A stretch of 63,574 bases of DNA, counting the filler. It is 5 parts of 5 records of this genome, joined end to end, with 100 filler letters (N's around TTAATTAATTAA, not from the genome) between each part and the next. Parts side by side here need not be neighbours in the genome. Positions count along the whole stretch, not along the records: positions 1 to 11,384 come from DRR723986_8522; positions 11,485 to 34,828 come from DRR723986_8523; 3 more parts are not named here. One strand, written 5' to 3'. The translations under genes and the position numbers were made by a program. Shown in pieces: positions 9,678 through 18,864 of this stretch (the first letter of the stretch is position 1; the number at the start of each line of letters is the position of its first letter). The notes beneath the pieces were generated by a model. That model was not told the DNA's origin. It was given only the letters and a program-made list of their open reading frames with translations, and did not search any database.

Positions 9678-11282
9678 TCACTCAGTTTTAAGCTCCAGCA
9701 CCGTAGCCTCCAGTCTGTGCAACATAGCCGTCAGATTGCGCTGCTCCGCCGACCAATCACTTGCATAGGTGATGCGGCGCGGGCCCGCCACAAATTCGTT
9801 CCAAGCGGCGTCGACGCCCAGCCAGTGACCGTCAATCACCACTTCGTTCCATTCGTGATAATAGAAGGCGGGCTGCTCGTCTTCGTAGTACAACACGCCG
9901 GTTACGCGGCGCGCCGGAATCTGGGCGGCACGCGCCAGAGTCACAAACAGAAGCGCCGATTCCGTGCAGTCGCCCTGGCGGTTTTTGATTAAGTCCCAAA
10001 TAGTTGTTGGCTGCGCAGTGTAATTGGCTTCGACGTAGTTGTAGCAGAAGTTCATCAGATTTCTGACTTTGTTTAAGTCGCCTTCGGCAGTTCCGATGGC
10101 TTGTTGCGCCAGACGCTGAATCTCGGGGTGAGCAGCCGGAATCTCAATCGTTGATTCAAGGCTGCTGGAGACTTCAGTGCTTGAGGCTTGCGGCCCTACG
10201 GATGCAAGTCTCTCAAGCGAATATTCGCTAAGATTTCTGAGGGTCACAAAAATGCGATTTTCGCCTTGCCGAAAACTTTGCGTGGCCGTGTTGGACAATT
10301 GCGGTAAATATTCACCATGCAACATGATTTGCACTTGTTTAACACTTTCCAGGTCGCCCAGAGAACGATTGCAAGGCACAACGGAGTAGGAGCTGAAATC
10401 CACCGATTCAGTTGGCTCAGTATCTTCAGGTGCCGCAGCATCCGGATCGTAGATCAGGTCCATTACGCCGGCCATTGAAGAGCGCAATTCCCAGCCGAAT
10501 ATGTCGTATTCTGAGTCAATGTCGAGCCACTCACTTGGATAGGATTCACTTGCTGAGTAAACGGGGATGCGCCTTCCATCGACGATCCGCGAAGTCGAGT
10601 CTTCAATTGTGATCTCTGCAGACTGCAGCTCGAAGTTTTCAGTATTCAGATAGGTATAACGCATTGACTGGTCCAGGCCGGCGCCACATCTGAACCACAG
10701 CTGAATTGCCAGATGATCCTTCACTGTGTACTCCAAGTCTTCAATGACTGACTCGGTCAGGGTTTTGGCCGACTTAACATAGAGCATAAAAGTACCGTCG
10801 TCCTGCCGGTGCAGTTCGATTTTTTGTGAACCGCCTGAGGCAGGATCATCAGAATAACTGTCGCGGGAAAAACTTGCGTAAAAGCGCAAGGCGTAGGGCG
10901 CTTCCACGTCAAAATAATAGTTTTCGATGAAGGTAGTGTGTTGTGTTTCTCCAAAATAATCGATCTCTAAATTCATCGAAAGCTGTGTTTGCCATACCTG
11001 CGTTTCAATCCATGAATCCGGATCCAAGTAGGTAGTGCGTCCAAACAATGCAAGTGCCGTGCCGACAGTGTGTCCAGCCACTTTTACTGTATAAGAACGG
11101 CTGTCGACAAGTTGATCCAAAACTTCATCGTCAAGTCTCAAGTCTGCGAGAGCCGCAGCCGCAGGCCCTTCGTCAGCTGAACAGGCTAGGAGACTTAAAC
11201 ACAGGCAGGCGCTGAATGTAATATGGACAATACGGAATTTCAGAGATAATCTCCAGGAATGATGATTCACAGAATTTGGCAT
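9678..11282 (-). CDS. Transglutaminase-like domain lipoprotein
   Basis: Hydrophobic signal ending LLAC (lipobox-like); C-terminal GDCTE, HEWNEV and WLGVD give a Cys-His-Asp triad; exact start uncertain. Confidence 0.8.
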   Translation of the reverse strand: MPNSVNHHSWRLSLKFRIVHITFSACLCLSLLACSADEGPAAAALADLRLDDEVLDQLVDSRSYTVKVAGHTVGTALALFGRTTYLDPDSWIETQVWQTQLSMNLEIDYFGETQHTTFIENYYFDVEAPYALRFYASFSRDSYSDDPASGGSQKIELHRQDDGTFMLYVKSAKTLTESVIEDLEYTVKDHLAIQLWFRCGAGLDQSMRYTYLNTENFELQSAEITIEDSTSRIVDGRRIPVYSASESYPSEWLDIDSEYDIFGWELRSSMAGVMDLIYDPDAAAPEDTEPTESVDFSSYSVVPCNRSLGDLESVKQVQIMLHGEYLPQLSNTATQSFRQGENRIFVTLRNLSEYSLERLASVGPQASSTEVSSSLESTIEIPAAHPEIQRLAQQAIGTAEGDLNKVRNLMNFCYNYVEANYTAQPTTIWDLIKNRQGDCTESALLFVTLARAAQIPARRVTGVLYYEDEQPAFYYHEWNEVVIDGHWLGVDAAWNEFVAGPRRITYASDWSAEQRNLTAMLHRLEATVLELKTE

Positions 11283-11283
11283 G

Positions 11284-11309
11284 AAAAAGGCGGGCCAGGC
11301 CCGCCTTTT
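11284..11309. terminator. Bidirectional intrinsic terminator-like hairpin
   Basis: aaaaggcgggcc-a-ggcccgcctttt perfect inverted repeat with A and T tails. Confidence 0.7.
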
Positions 11310-11384
11310 ATTGACTTGATCTCTCTAAATACCATACACAAAGCCAAACAAAAAAATCAAAAAGCGTACCGCAGGTAGACGCGC

Positions 11385-11484
11385 NNNNNNNNNNNNNNNN
11401 NNNNNNNNNNNNNNNNNNNNNNNNNNNNTTAATTAATTAANNNNNNNNNNNNNNNNNNNNNNNNNNNNNNNNNNNNNNNNNNNN
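11385..11484. other. Artificial contig linker
   Basis: N44-TTAATTAATTAA-N44 (stops in all frames). Confidence 0.99.
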
Positions 11485-11514
11485 TCGAGAGTTCAAATCT
11501 CTCCGGCAGCACCA
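11485..11514 (+). tRNA. 3' half of a tRNA, most likely tRNA-Thr(GGT), or its att duplicate; truncated by contig start
   Basis: tcgagagttcaaatctctccggcagcacca: T-arm gagag-ttcaaat-ctctc, acceptor strand ggcagc, discriminator and CCA. Matches the alphaproteobacterial tRNA-Thr 3' end; the anticodon is not visible. Confidence 0.75.
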
Positions 11515-11603
11515 CTCAAGTCATTGATCTTCCTACAAGTCCTTGCAATTGCGCCGGTTTTCTACAAACTGCGTCTACAAAGACGCATACAAAATCGACT
11601 CAG

Positions 11604-13250
11604 ATGCCCAGCAAGATCAGACACCTTCACCAAGACTCCCGCGGACGCTATCACGCCAGAATGGGCGTCCCGAAAGACCTTCGCCAGATTATCGGAAGGC
11701 GCGAATTGATCAAGGCGCTGGGCGGTGATCGGCAGACAGCCTTGAGAGTGTTACCGAAGATCGTCTCCGAGTTCCAAGATACGCTTGATGCGGCGAGAAG
11801 CAGACTTAGCAAGGGTGCTTTGGCCGTAGCTGTGCCACCACCTGTCGCCGCACGGACCTTCGATGAAATCGCATCGGCACACTTCCGGGAAAAGCTTGAG
11901 CAGGACGATCAACTTAGAGACTCTTCACCGAGTTACTCGCGAGTAGGGATCGACGATGGTTATGTTGCCGACGTCAAGGCGATTTATGCGGGCAGTGCGA
12001 GCAACGAGCTTATCGACGAAGTTTTCGGTCAGGAGATAAGGCTCTACCAGCGGCGCGGATACCACGCATTTGACCGGGGAACTGTTGACTGGCGCCGTCT
12101 ATCAGCCCGCCTCGCCTTTGCCGAGCTGGAAGTTCTCAAGCGCATGTTCGAGCGTGACGACGGCATGTTCATGACGGAAACGCCCGCTTGGGTGGAAGAG
12201 CACCAGCCGAAAGCTCCGACAAACGCAGGACAGCAGCAGCACAATGAAGCTGGTAAGCATACCCTCCTCGATCTCTTCAAGATGTGCCGCCGCGCAAAGA
12301 CCAGCAAGAAGGAGCTGACTGACAGGACTTCAAAGGCATATCTCAAGCCGATCAACGATTTCGTCACTTTCGCGAAAACCGACGATCCCACAAAGATCAC
12401 TAACCGCAAGATCAGCCAGTGGCTCGAGCACTTACAGTTCGAGGTTGGCCTAGACCCCAAAACGATCAAATCGCGCTATCTACCAGCTGTGAAACACACA
12501 TTGCGCTGGGCGGGCAACCAGGGGCACATCGAGCCAGTCGTGCTCACGGCTTCGGTCTCCGTGCCGAAGAAAAGGCTCGATCGCGACAAGGGATACACGG
12601 AAGCAGAGGCTGCGGCCGTGCTGATGCACGCAATGAACTATCGGCGACCGGAGAAGACCCGCGAAAGCATCCAGCTATCTGCCGCCAAGCGCTGGGCGCC
12701 CTGGCTGACCTACTTCACAGGTGCCCGCATCGGTGAAATCACGCAGCTCCGCAAGCAAGATGTACGAACGGAGAACGGCATCAGCTACATCCACATTACA
12801 CCGGAGGCAGGTACCACGAAGACCGGCGGATGGCGCGACGTGCCGCTGCATTCGCAAATTCTGGAACAAGGTTTTCTGGACTTCGTCGATAGTGCGGATG
12901 ACGGACCGCTATTTTTCATCATGAGTAGAAAAGGCCGCAATCTTGCGAAAGCAGCTGAAATAGCGGCAAGAAGAGTCGCAATCTGGATCAGAGATGAAGG
13001 GCTCGTACCGGATGGCGTCGCTCCCAATCACGGGTTCCGCCATACCTTCAAGACGCTCGCCAGACGCTACGACATTCCACCTGAATACATGCATGCGATC
13101 CAGGGACATGCGACGGAGACAGCGGGACAGGAATACGGCAATGTCGATCTTACAACAATGAAGCGTGAGATCGAGAAGCTGCCTAAAGTCGTCTTGCTTC
13201 ACCAGACCTCGCCTGCGCCTCTGGAACTAGACACCGCCGTTAATGGTTGA
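11604..13250 (+). CDS. Tyrosine recombinase/integrase with DUF6538-like N-terminus
   Basis: YHARMGVPKDLRQIIGRREL N-terminus; catalytic GARIGE, TKT, HGFRH, GH and EYG all present. Confidence 0.92.
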   Translation: MPSKIRHLHQDSRGRYHARMGVPKDLRQIIGRRELIKALGGDRQTALRVLPKIVSEFQDTLDAARSRLSKGALAVAVPPPVAARTFDEIASAHFREKLEQDDQLRDSSPSYSRVGIDDGYVADVKAIYAGSASNELIDEVFGQEIRLYQRRGYHAFDRGTVDWRRLSARLAFAELEVLKRMFERDDGMFMTETPAWVEEHQPKAPTNAGQQQHNEAGKHTLLDLFKMCRRAKTSKKELTDRTSKAYLKPINDFVTFAKTDDPTKITNRKISQWLEHLQFEVGLDPKTIKSRYLPAVKHTLRWAGNQGHIEPVVLTASVSVPKKRLDRDKGYTEAEAAAVLMHAMNYRRPEKTRESIQLSAAKRWAPWLTYFTGARIGEITQLRKQDVRTENGISYIHITPEAGTTKTGGWRDVPLHSQILEQGFLDFVDSADDGPLFFIMSRKGRNLAKAAEIAARRVAIWIRDEGLVPDGVAPNHGFRHTFKTLARRYDIPPEYMHAIQGHATETAGQEYGNVDLTTMKREIEKLPKVVLLHQTSPAPLELDTAVNG

Positions 13251-13294
13251 ATAACAACAGTGCGCTAGCTATTTTATCGTTATCGGAGAGTGTT

Positions 13295-13480
13295 ATGGCA
13301 GTCGCAAAGTTAGATCTAGATATGGAAAAGACCGATGACGGTGATGCTGGCGTGCCGAAGTTCAGCGTGGCGCGTGCTGCTGAATTGCGTTCGAAGGGCC
13401 GTGAGGTGCTTTCTGCACGCGAGATCGTCAAATCCGACCTGAAGGATTACGCGGAAACGATCCGCATTCTCGGTGAGTGA
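13295..13480 (+). CDS. Probable antitoxin for the Doc-family toxin
   Basis: GGAGAG RBS then ATG at 13295; small; C-terminal DYAETIRILGE resembles Doc-neutralising helices; overlaps the toxin start. Confidence 0.55.
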   Translation: MAVAKLDLDMEKTDDGDAGVPKFSVARAAELRSKGREVLSAREIVKSDLKDYAETIRILGE

Positions 13481-13883
13481 GGTTGCCGAGCCGCTATGGC
13501 TTACCCTAGACGATGTCGAAGACATCATTGCCAGCCTGTCGGAGAACTACCCTCAGCACAACATCGTTTTGGGCCTCGGCGGTAAGGACAAAATCCTTTC
13601 TGCACTCGACCGGCCGTTGAACACATGGCTGTATGATAACGAGGACAACCTGATCAACCTGGCAGCGTTGTACGTTCACGGGCTCGGCAAGGCGCATGCC
13701 TTGATGGACGGAAACAAGCGCCTTGCCTTTCTGGGCGCGTCTGTGTTTCTCACGCGCAACTATGTCCGCCTAGTGGAGCCTGAAGACGGTTACTTCGGCC
13801 ACTTGGTGATCGATCTGATGGCTGATGACATAAGCCTGCAGGAGTTTCAGGCTGCGCTCGCCTACAATGCGGCAGAGGTCTGA
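13473..13883 (+). CDS. Death-on-curing (Doc/Fic) family toxin
   Basis: SALDRP, LAALY..GL and HALMDGNKR Fic/Doc motif. Confidence 0.88.
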   Translation: MSEVAEPLWLTLDDVEDIIASLSENYPQHNIVLGLGGKDKILSALDRPLNTWLYDNEDNLINLAALYVHGLGKAHALMDGNKRLAFLGASVFLTRNYVRLVEPEDGYFGHLVIDLMADDISLQEFQAALAYNAAEV

Positions 13884-13931
13884 GGCTCTGATTTCCTAAG
13901 TAAGCTAGTGATTTCAGGGAGCTACTCCGCC

Positions 13932-14678
13932 TCACGCTGCCCTCACAACCTGTACAGTAGGATCAAGTTCCGCACTAAGTGGCAGCGCATTAAGTTCGGC
14001 GCGCACCTGTCGCCAGGCCGGCATGTAGGTGTCCAGAACGCTCAAGAACACTTCGTCGTGACGCGGGGACATGAAATGCGCGAGCTCGTGCAGGATTACA
14101 TAGTCGGTGGCAATCATCGGCTTGCGGGCCAGCTCGAGATTGATCCAGACTTTCCTGAGTTCAGGATTGCAGCTCCCCCACTTTGTCTTCATCTGTCGGA
14201 TGCCCCAGAACTTCGGTGAGATACCCAGCAGCTCAGACCATCTTTCAATCCTGGGGGCCGCGAGGTGACGTAGCTCCGCGCGGTACCAGGCGTTCATCCA
14301 GGTCCTGCGTTGTTCGATCGAGCTGGCAGCTGGAACATGGAAACAAATACGGTCGCTGCCCTTCAGTTCGATCCGGTGCGATCTTTGGCTCCACTCAAAC
14401 ACGCTCATCCGTCTAGGACGCCCGAAGACATAATGTGTCTCGCCGGAGACGAAGCGTCTTGGAGTTTCCCGTTCCTGCCGTGCAAATCGATCTTGCTTGC
14501 GTCGGATCCAGGCCATGCGCGTAAGAACAGCCACCTTGATGGCGTCCAGACTCATACCATTAGGCGCAGCCACGCGTACGCGACCATCTGGTGGATAGAC
14601 ACCCAGGTGGAGATTTTTGATCCGTTTCCGATGGACCTCGACCGGTGTCCCGGCAATGTCGATATGTTCAGTATTCAC
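13932..14678 (-). CDS. M48/YgjP metallopeptidase-family protein
   Basis: MKTKWGSC, YVILHELAH; downstream of hsdR. Confidence 0.9.
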   Translation of the reverse strand: MNTEHIDIAGTPVEVHRKRIKNLHLGVYPPDGRVRVAAPNGMSLDAIKVAVLTRMAWIRRKQDRFARQERETPRRFVSGETHYVFGRPRRMSVFEWSQRSHRIELKGSDRICFHVPAASSIEQRRTWMNAWYRAELRHLAAPRIERWSELLGISPKFWGIRQMKTKWGSCNPELRKVWINLELARKPMIATDYVILHELAHFMSPRHDEVFLSVLDTYMPAWRQVRAELNALPLSAELDPTVQVVRAA

Positions 14679-17600
14679 TGTGGTACTTCAGGATTTCGAA
14701 GATCTGTTCAGCATTGGTTTCGTCATTCAAGACTGCCTCCAGGCACCTGCGAACCTTCCGCTCTTTCATCGCGTTGCCACGCCAACCATGAGGCGCGGTT
14801 TCCCGCACTGCGCTGTCGACTCGGATGGTGAGTTCTTCATTCTCGTTCAAATTATCATAGAGCGCCTTCTGCCCAGGTGTCGCAATCGTTGCTGGATAGG
14901 ACTTTCCATGGCCAGCCTTAGCGTTTTTTACCAGCTCCGCAATCCTCTCCAGATATTCTGCGTAGGCGATGGCATCTTCGCGCCTCTGACGGACGAGATC
15001 GGTCAAGAGTGCCGACATGTTCTCGTAGAACCGCGGGTTGACCGGCGTTTCGTCGATGATCAGCTTGCGAACGTTGTTCTCGATGGCCTCAGCAACGTTT
15101 TCCCGCCTGCCTCTGATCTGCGGGGGTAAATCATCGACTGCAGACGCTCCCTTGCTCAAGACAAGATCAATAAGGCTGATGTCATCCAGGTGCGAGATAA
15201 CTTCGGAGTCATCCGCACGGATATAGTTGTCAATAAGATGACGCATAGCCGGCTCGTAGAGCTTCATGTCAACAGCGTCCCCGCTGTGGAGCCTCACCGC
15301 GTCGCGTATATTGATAGCTCTCTCGACCTCGTTGCGATATTGGGCCAACTCCAGATCGTTGAAGCCTGACCCCTCAGGCTCGGCTGCCACATTGGCATAG
15401 GCCCGGGCGTAACGACCCGCAAGCTTGTAGAGCGCCTGTCTGCGACGCGCCTTTTCATCGGCTTCAGTGTCGTCGCCGATGCCTTGTGGGCTCGAGAAAT
15501 ACACGAAGATCTCGTCATCCCCCTTCGGCTGTTCGACTGCTTCCAGTAATCCGAACCAGGCATCACGCGCCGTGTGAAGATCTTCATCTGCTCTTTCAGC
15601 CCGATTGCTTATCAAGCCGTCTACGTCTTCTTTATCGAAGCTATCGAAAGCCTCCGACGTGTAGTCCTCCACGGCGCTCTCGATGTTTCTGAAGAGATCC
15701 TTGTAATCAACGACGTAGCCAAAGTCCTTGTCGTCGCCGTCAAGCCTGTTGACCCGACAGATCGCCTGGAAGAGGCTGTGATCGCGCATCTGCTTGTCGA
15801 TATAAATGTAGGTCGCAGTGGGAGCATCGAAGCCTGTAAGAAGGCGGCTGACGACGATCAGCAGCTTCATTCTGGCCGGCTCTTTCTTGAAGAGGCGCAG
15901 CGCTTCCTCTTCATAGTCCTCTTCTGACTGCTGACCGAGAAGATCGGTATACGTCCGATGGACATATTGCCTCTCGGTTTCGCCCATGCCGGCTTCTTCG
16001 CCGGTAATCTCCGCGGCGGCTCGCTTGTACGATGTCACAATGGCGCATTTGCTTGCCAGCACCGAACCTGATTTACGAAAGATATCGAAGAACTTGCAGG
16101 CTTCAGGAATGGAGCCTGCGACCAGCATGGCGTTGCCGGTGCCGGACATCAGGCGCGGCTTCGTCTCCATGTCCATGATGATATCGTTCGCGATCTGCTC
16201 GAGCCGATCCTTACTTGAAAGCACACGTTGTAATGTGCCCCACCGTTGTTTCAGGACGGCCTTGGCAACCGGTGTTAGACCCTTGGTCTTGGCTTCGAAC
16301 CAGGCGTCGATTTTGCCTGGCGAACTAATACGTTGGTCAACGTCCCGAGCCTCATACCTCAGGTCGAGCACCACTTCATCTTCGACAGCCTCATCGAAGC
16401 GGTACGGCTTGCCGATATAGGGCCCGAACGTCTCAAGCGACGATGCTTTATCGGATCGCAACAGCGGCGTACCCGTGAAGCCCACAAACATAGCCTCAGG
16501 CAAGATCCGGCGCATCGCCTTCGCCAGCTTGCCAGACTGCGTGCGGTGCGCCTCATCGATGAAGACGAAAAAATCACCTACGGGTGCGCTTATGTTGGCA
16601 GTCTTGATGTTGTTGATCAGTTCGCCCAGGTCAGTCTCTTCCCGTTTGCCGAACTTGTGAACCAGCGAGCAGACGATCCTGTCTGTCGGATCCGCCAGAG
16701 CCGACATGAGGTCGTTACCACTGCGCGCCCGTCTCACCTTGTCGCCAGTTCCACCGAACACATCCTCAGTGATCTGACGGTCCAGCTCTTTCCGGTCCGT
16801 GATCACCAGGACACGGCCATCAGGAAAATTCTCCCGGATCCAGCGCGCCAACAACACCATGATGAGGCTCTTGCCCGACCCTTGAGTCTGCCAGATGATC
16901 CCCCCCTCATGGGCACGAACGCGCTCCTGGGCGGCCTTCACGGCGAAATACTGGTTAGGGCGCGCGATTTTCTTGATGCCGGCATCGAACAGCGTGAAAT
17001 CGTGAACGAGCTCTAGGAACCGCGCGGGTGCCATCAACTGCGTCACATCCCGGTCGAGGCGGGCGGTGATATCGCTCTCCTCCTTCCAGGCAAGCCAATA
17101 GGGCTGCGGCGTCTGAATCGCGGCATAACGCAGCCCCTCACTGTCATTGCCGGCAAAGGTGATTTGTACCGTAGTAAAGAAGTGCCGGATGAACTCGGGA
17201 CGTTGGTTATCGAGAGTCTGTCGGATGCCTTCACCGACACTAACGGTCGATTTCTTCAGCTCGACCACCCCAAGCGCGATGCCGTTGACATAGAGTACAA
17301 GATCGGGCCGCTTGTTCCAGGCCTTGGCATTCTTGCCCTTGATCGCGACCTCTTCGGCCACACCCAAATCGTTCGCTGCCGGGTCGGACCAATCAACGAA
17401 CTGCACTGTGACCGGCGCCTCGCCCTGCCCTGGAGCGACGGCCACACCGTAGCGCAGCATCTCATAGAAGGCCTTGTTGCCGTCATAGAGCTTGGCCCCC
17501 TCCATCCGCGCCTCGCGCTGCAGAAGCGTAATGGCCTGGGTGACTATCTCAGGCGCATAGCCACGAGAGAGAAGCCAGGGACGAAGCAGCTCTTCCTCGA

Positions 17601-17739
17601 TATTGGCGTTGCCATCCCGCTTCTGCCAGTCGCCGAGGTACCGCCAGCCGAGCTCTCCGGGAGCATCTCGCTTGTGCTCGCTCAACAGGTTGATGACCCT
17701 ATTCTGCGCCTTTCGCTCCGCCTCACCGATCATGCTCAT
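14668..17739 (-). CDS. hsdR: Type I restriction endonuclease subunit R
   Basis: RPDLVLYVNG..VELK, TQGSGKS, DEAH, FTGTP, QAICRVNR. Confidence 0.96.
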   Translation of the reverse strand: MSMIGEAERKAQNRVINLLSEHKRDAPGELGWRYLGDWQKRDGNANIEEELLRPWLLSRGYAPEIVTQAITLLQREARMEGAKLYDGNKAFYEMLRYGVAVAPGQGEAPVTVQFVDWSDPAANDLGVAEEVAIKGKNAKAWNKRPDLVLYVNGIALGVVELKKSTVSVGEGIRQTLDNQRPEFIRHFFTTVQITFAGNDSEGLRYAAIQTPQPYWLAWKEESDITARLDRDVTQLMAPARFLELVHDFTLFDAGIKKIARPNQYFAVKAAQERVRAHEGGIIWQTQGSGKSLIMVLLARWIRENFPDGRVLVITDRKELDRQITEDVFGGTGDKVRRARSGNDLMSALADPTDRIVCSLVHKFGKREETDLGELINNIKTANISAPVGDFFVFIDEAHRTQSGKLAKAMRRILPEAMFVGFTGTPLLRSDKASSLETFGPYIGKPYRFDEAVEDEVVLDLRYEARDVDQRISSPGKIDAWFEAKTKGLTPVAKAVLKQRWGTLQRVLSSKDRLEQIANDIIMDMETKPRLMSGTGNAMLVAGSIPEACKFFDIFRKSGSVLASKCAIVTSYKRAAAEITGEEAGMGETERQYVHRTYTDLLGQQSEEDYEEEALRLFKKEPARMKLLIVVSRLLTGFDAPTATYIYIDKQMRDHSLFQAICRVNRLDGDDKDFGYVVDYKDLFRNIESAVEDYTSEAFDSFDKEDVDGLISNRAERADEDLHTARDAWFGLLEAVEQPKGDDEIFVYFSSPQGIGDDTEADEKARRRQALYKLAGRYARAYANVAAEPEGSGFNDLELAQYRNEVERAINIRDAVRLHSGDAVDMKLYEPAMRHLIDNYIRADDSEVISHLDDISLIDLVLSKGASAVDDLPPQIRGRRENVAEAIENNVRKLIIDETPVNPRFYENMSALLTDLVRQRREDAIAYAEYLERIAELVKNAKAGHGKSYPATIATPGQKALYDNLNENEELTIRVDSAVRETAPHGWRGNAMKERKVRRCLEAVLNDETNAEQIFEILKYHSEY

Positions 17740-17775
17740 CGCCCTGCCCTCAAGAATCGCTTTATTAAAATGATG

Positions 17776-18864
17776 TCAGACTAGCCTTATCCGCCCGGTC
17801 AAAAGATTTTGCGTCATACCCTCTTTCACTTGCCGGGCCTTGTCGAGGCGAGTTTCGAGGGCCTGGATTTCTGCGTCCATGTCATCGAGCACCACGCAAA
17901 TGGCTTTTTGTTCGTCGACGTCGCAAGGCACTCGAACGCAGTCATCATGAGCATCATTTCGATTAAGCGTTGGGACGCCTGAACCGCTGGCGAACCGGCG
18001 AAGATCAATGAATTGGAGTAGGTAGAATACGAAGCGGGCATCGTTCCCAAAAAAGTTCTTCACCCAAAGGGCGGTGTTGTGAGGCCAGTATCGTCCTTGG
18101 ACATATGTAACATTACCGATCGTCCCAGATCGGCCCGTCACAACTCCCGGCCCTTCACACATGAACTTCGAGTGGGTTGCCATGATGCCGTTTGAATACA
18201 CGACAGGGTATTCGCCGTCAGTCCGCGTGGAGTTGGGCAAATCGAACCCACGCTGAAGCATTGCAACAGCGCCAAGGCTGCGAACGGCCCACCTCCCCAA
18301 AAACCCCGGAAGGCGGCGTTTGGAGGACAGAAGGTCGTGCAGCGCGCCCTGTTTGATGAGCCGCTTTTTGGCGATAAGCCGCTCCAGACTTTCGATCAGC
18401 GCATCGGCTTCCGACAGAGCTTCAACAATTCGCGCCTGTTCCGTCGGGTCGCCTGGAAGACAGACAGTCATATTGGCGATCATCTCACGACGAACAGAGT
18501 CTACAGATGACTTGGCTGTCATAGACATAATGCGGTCGTAGAAGAACGAACTGAAATAGTAGAAGAAATACCGGCCGGATATTTCTGGGCTGAATGAATG
18601 CATCAGGTATACCCGTTGGTGGAAGTCACATTTTCCATCTATATAGTGGAAGATTTTTCCCGTTCCGACTCCATCACCCGCAGTCAGTACTCCCTCGCCA
18701 TCAAAACCGACTGAGTTAATGCGCTCGACAATCTGGGAACGGACAAAAAAAGGGTATTCGCCATTCACCTCTCGATCTTTCGTATCACGCGAGCCAGTTG
18801 TGATTTTTGCAAGCTTTTCAATCGGACGTTCAATCCATCCCTCGGGGAGGCTATTCTCGGTCAT
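17776..18864 (-). CDS. hsdS: Type I R-M specificity subunit S
   Basis: LPEGW start, two TRDs, EQARI/EQKAI conserved regions, LLTGRIRL end. Confidence 0.95.
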   Translation of the reverse strand: MTENSLPEGWIERPIEKLAKITTGSRDTKDREVNGEYPFFVRSQIVERINSVGFDGEGVLTAGDGVGTGKIFHYIDGKCDFHQRVYLMHSFSPEISGRYFFYYFSSFFYDRIMSMTAKSSVDSVRREMIANMTVCLPGDPTEQARIVEALSEADALIESLERLIAKKRLIKQGALHDLLSSKRRLPGFLGRWAVRSLGAVAMLQRGFDLPNSTRTDGEYPVVYSNGIMATHSKFMCEGPGVVTGRSGTIGNVTYVQGRYWPHNTALWVKNFFGNDARFVFYLLQFIDLRRFASGSGVPTLNRNDAHDDCVRVPCDVDEQKAICVVLDDMDAEIQALETRLDKARQVKEGMTQNLLTGRIRLV

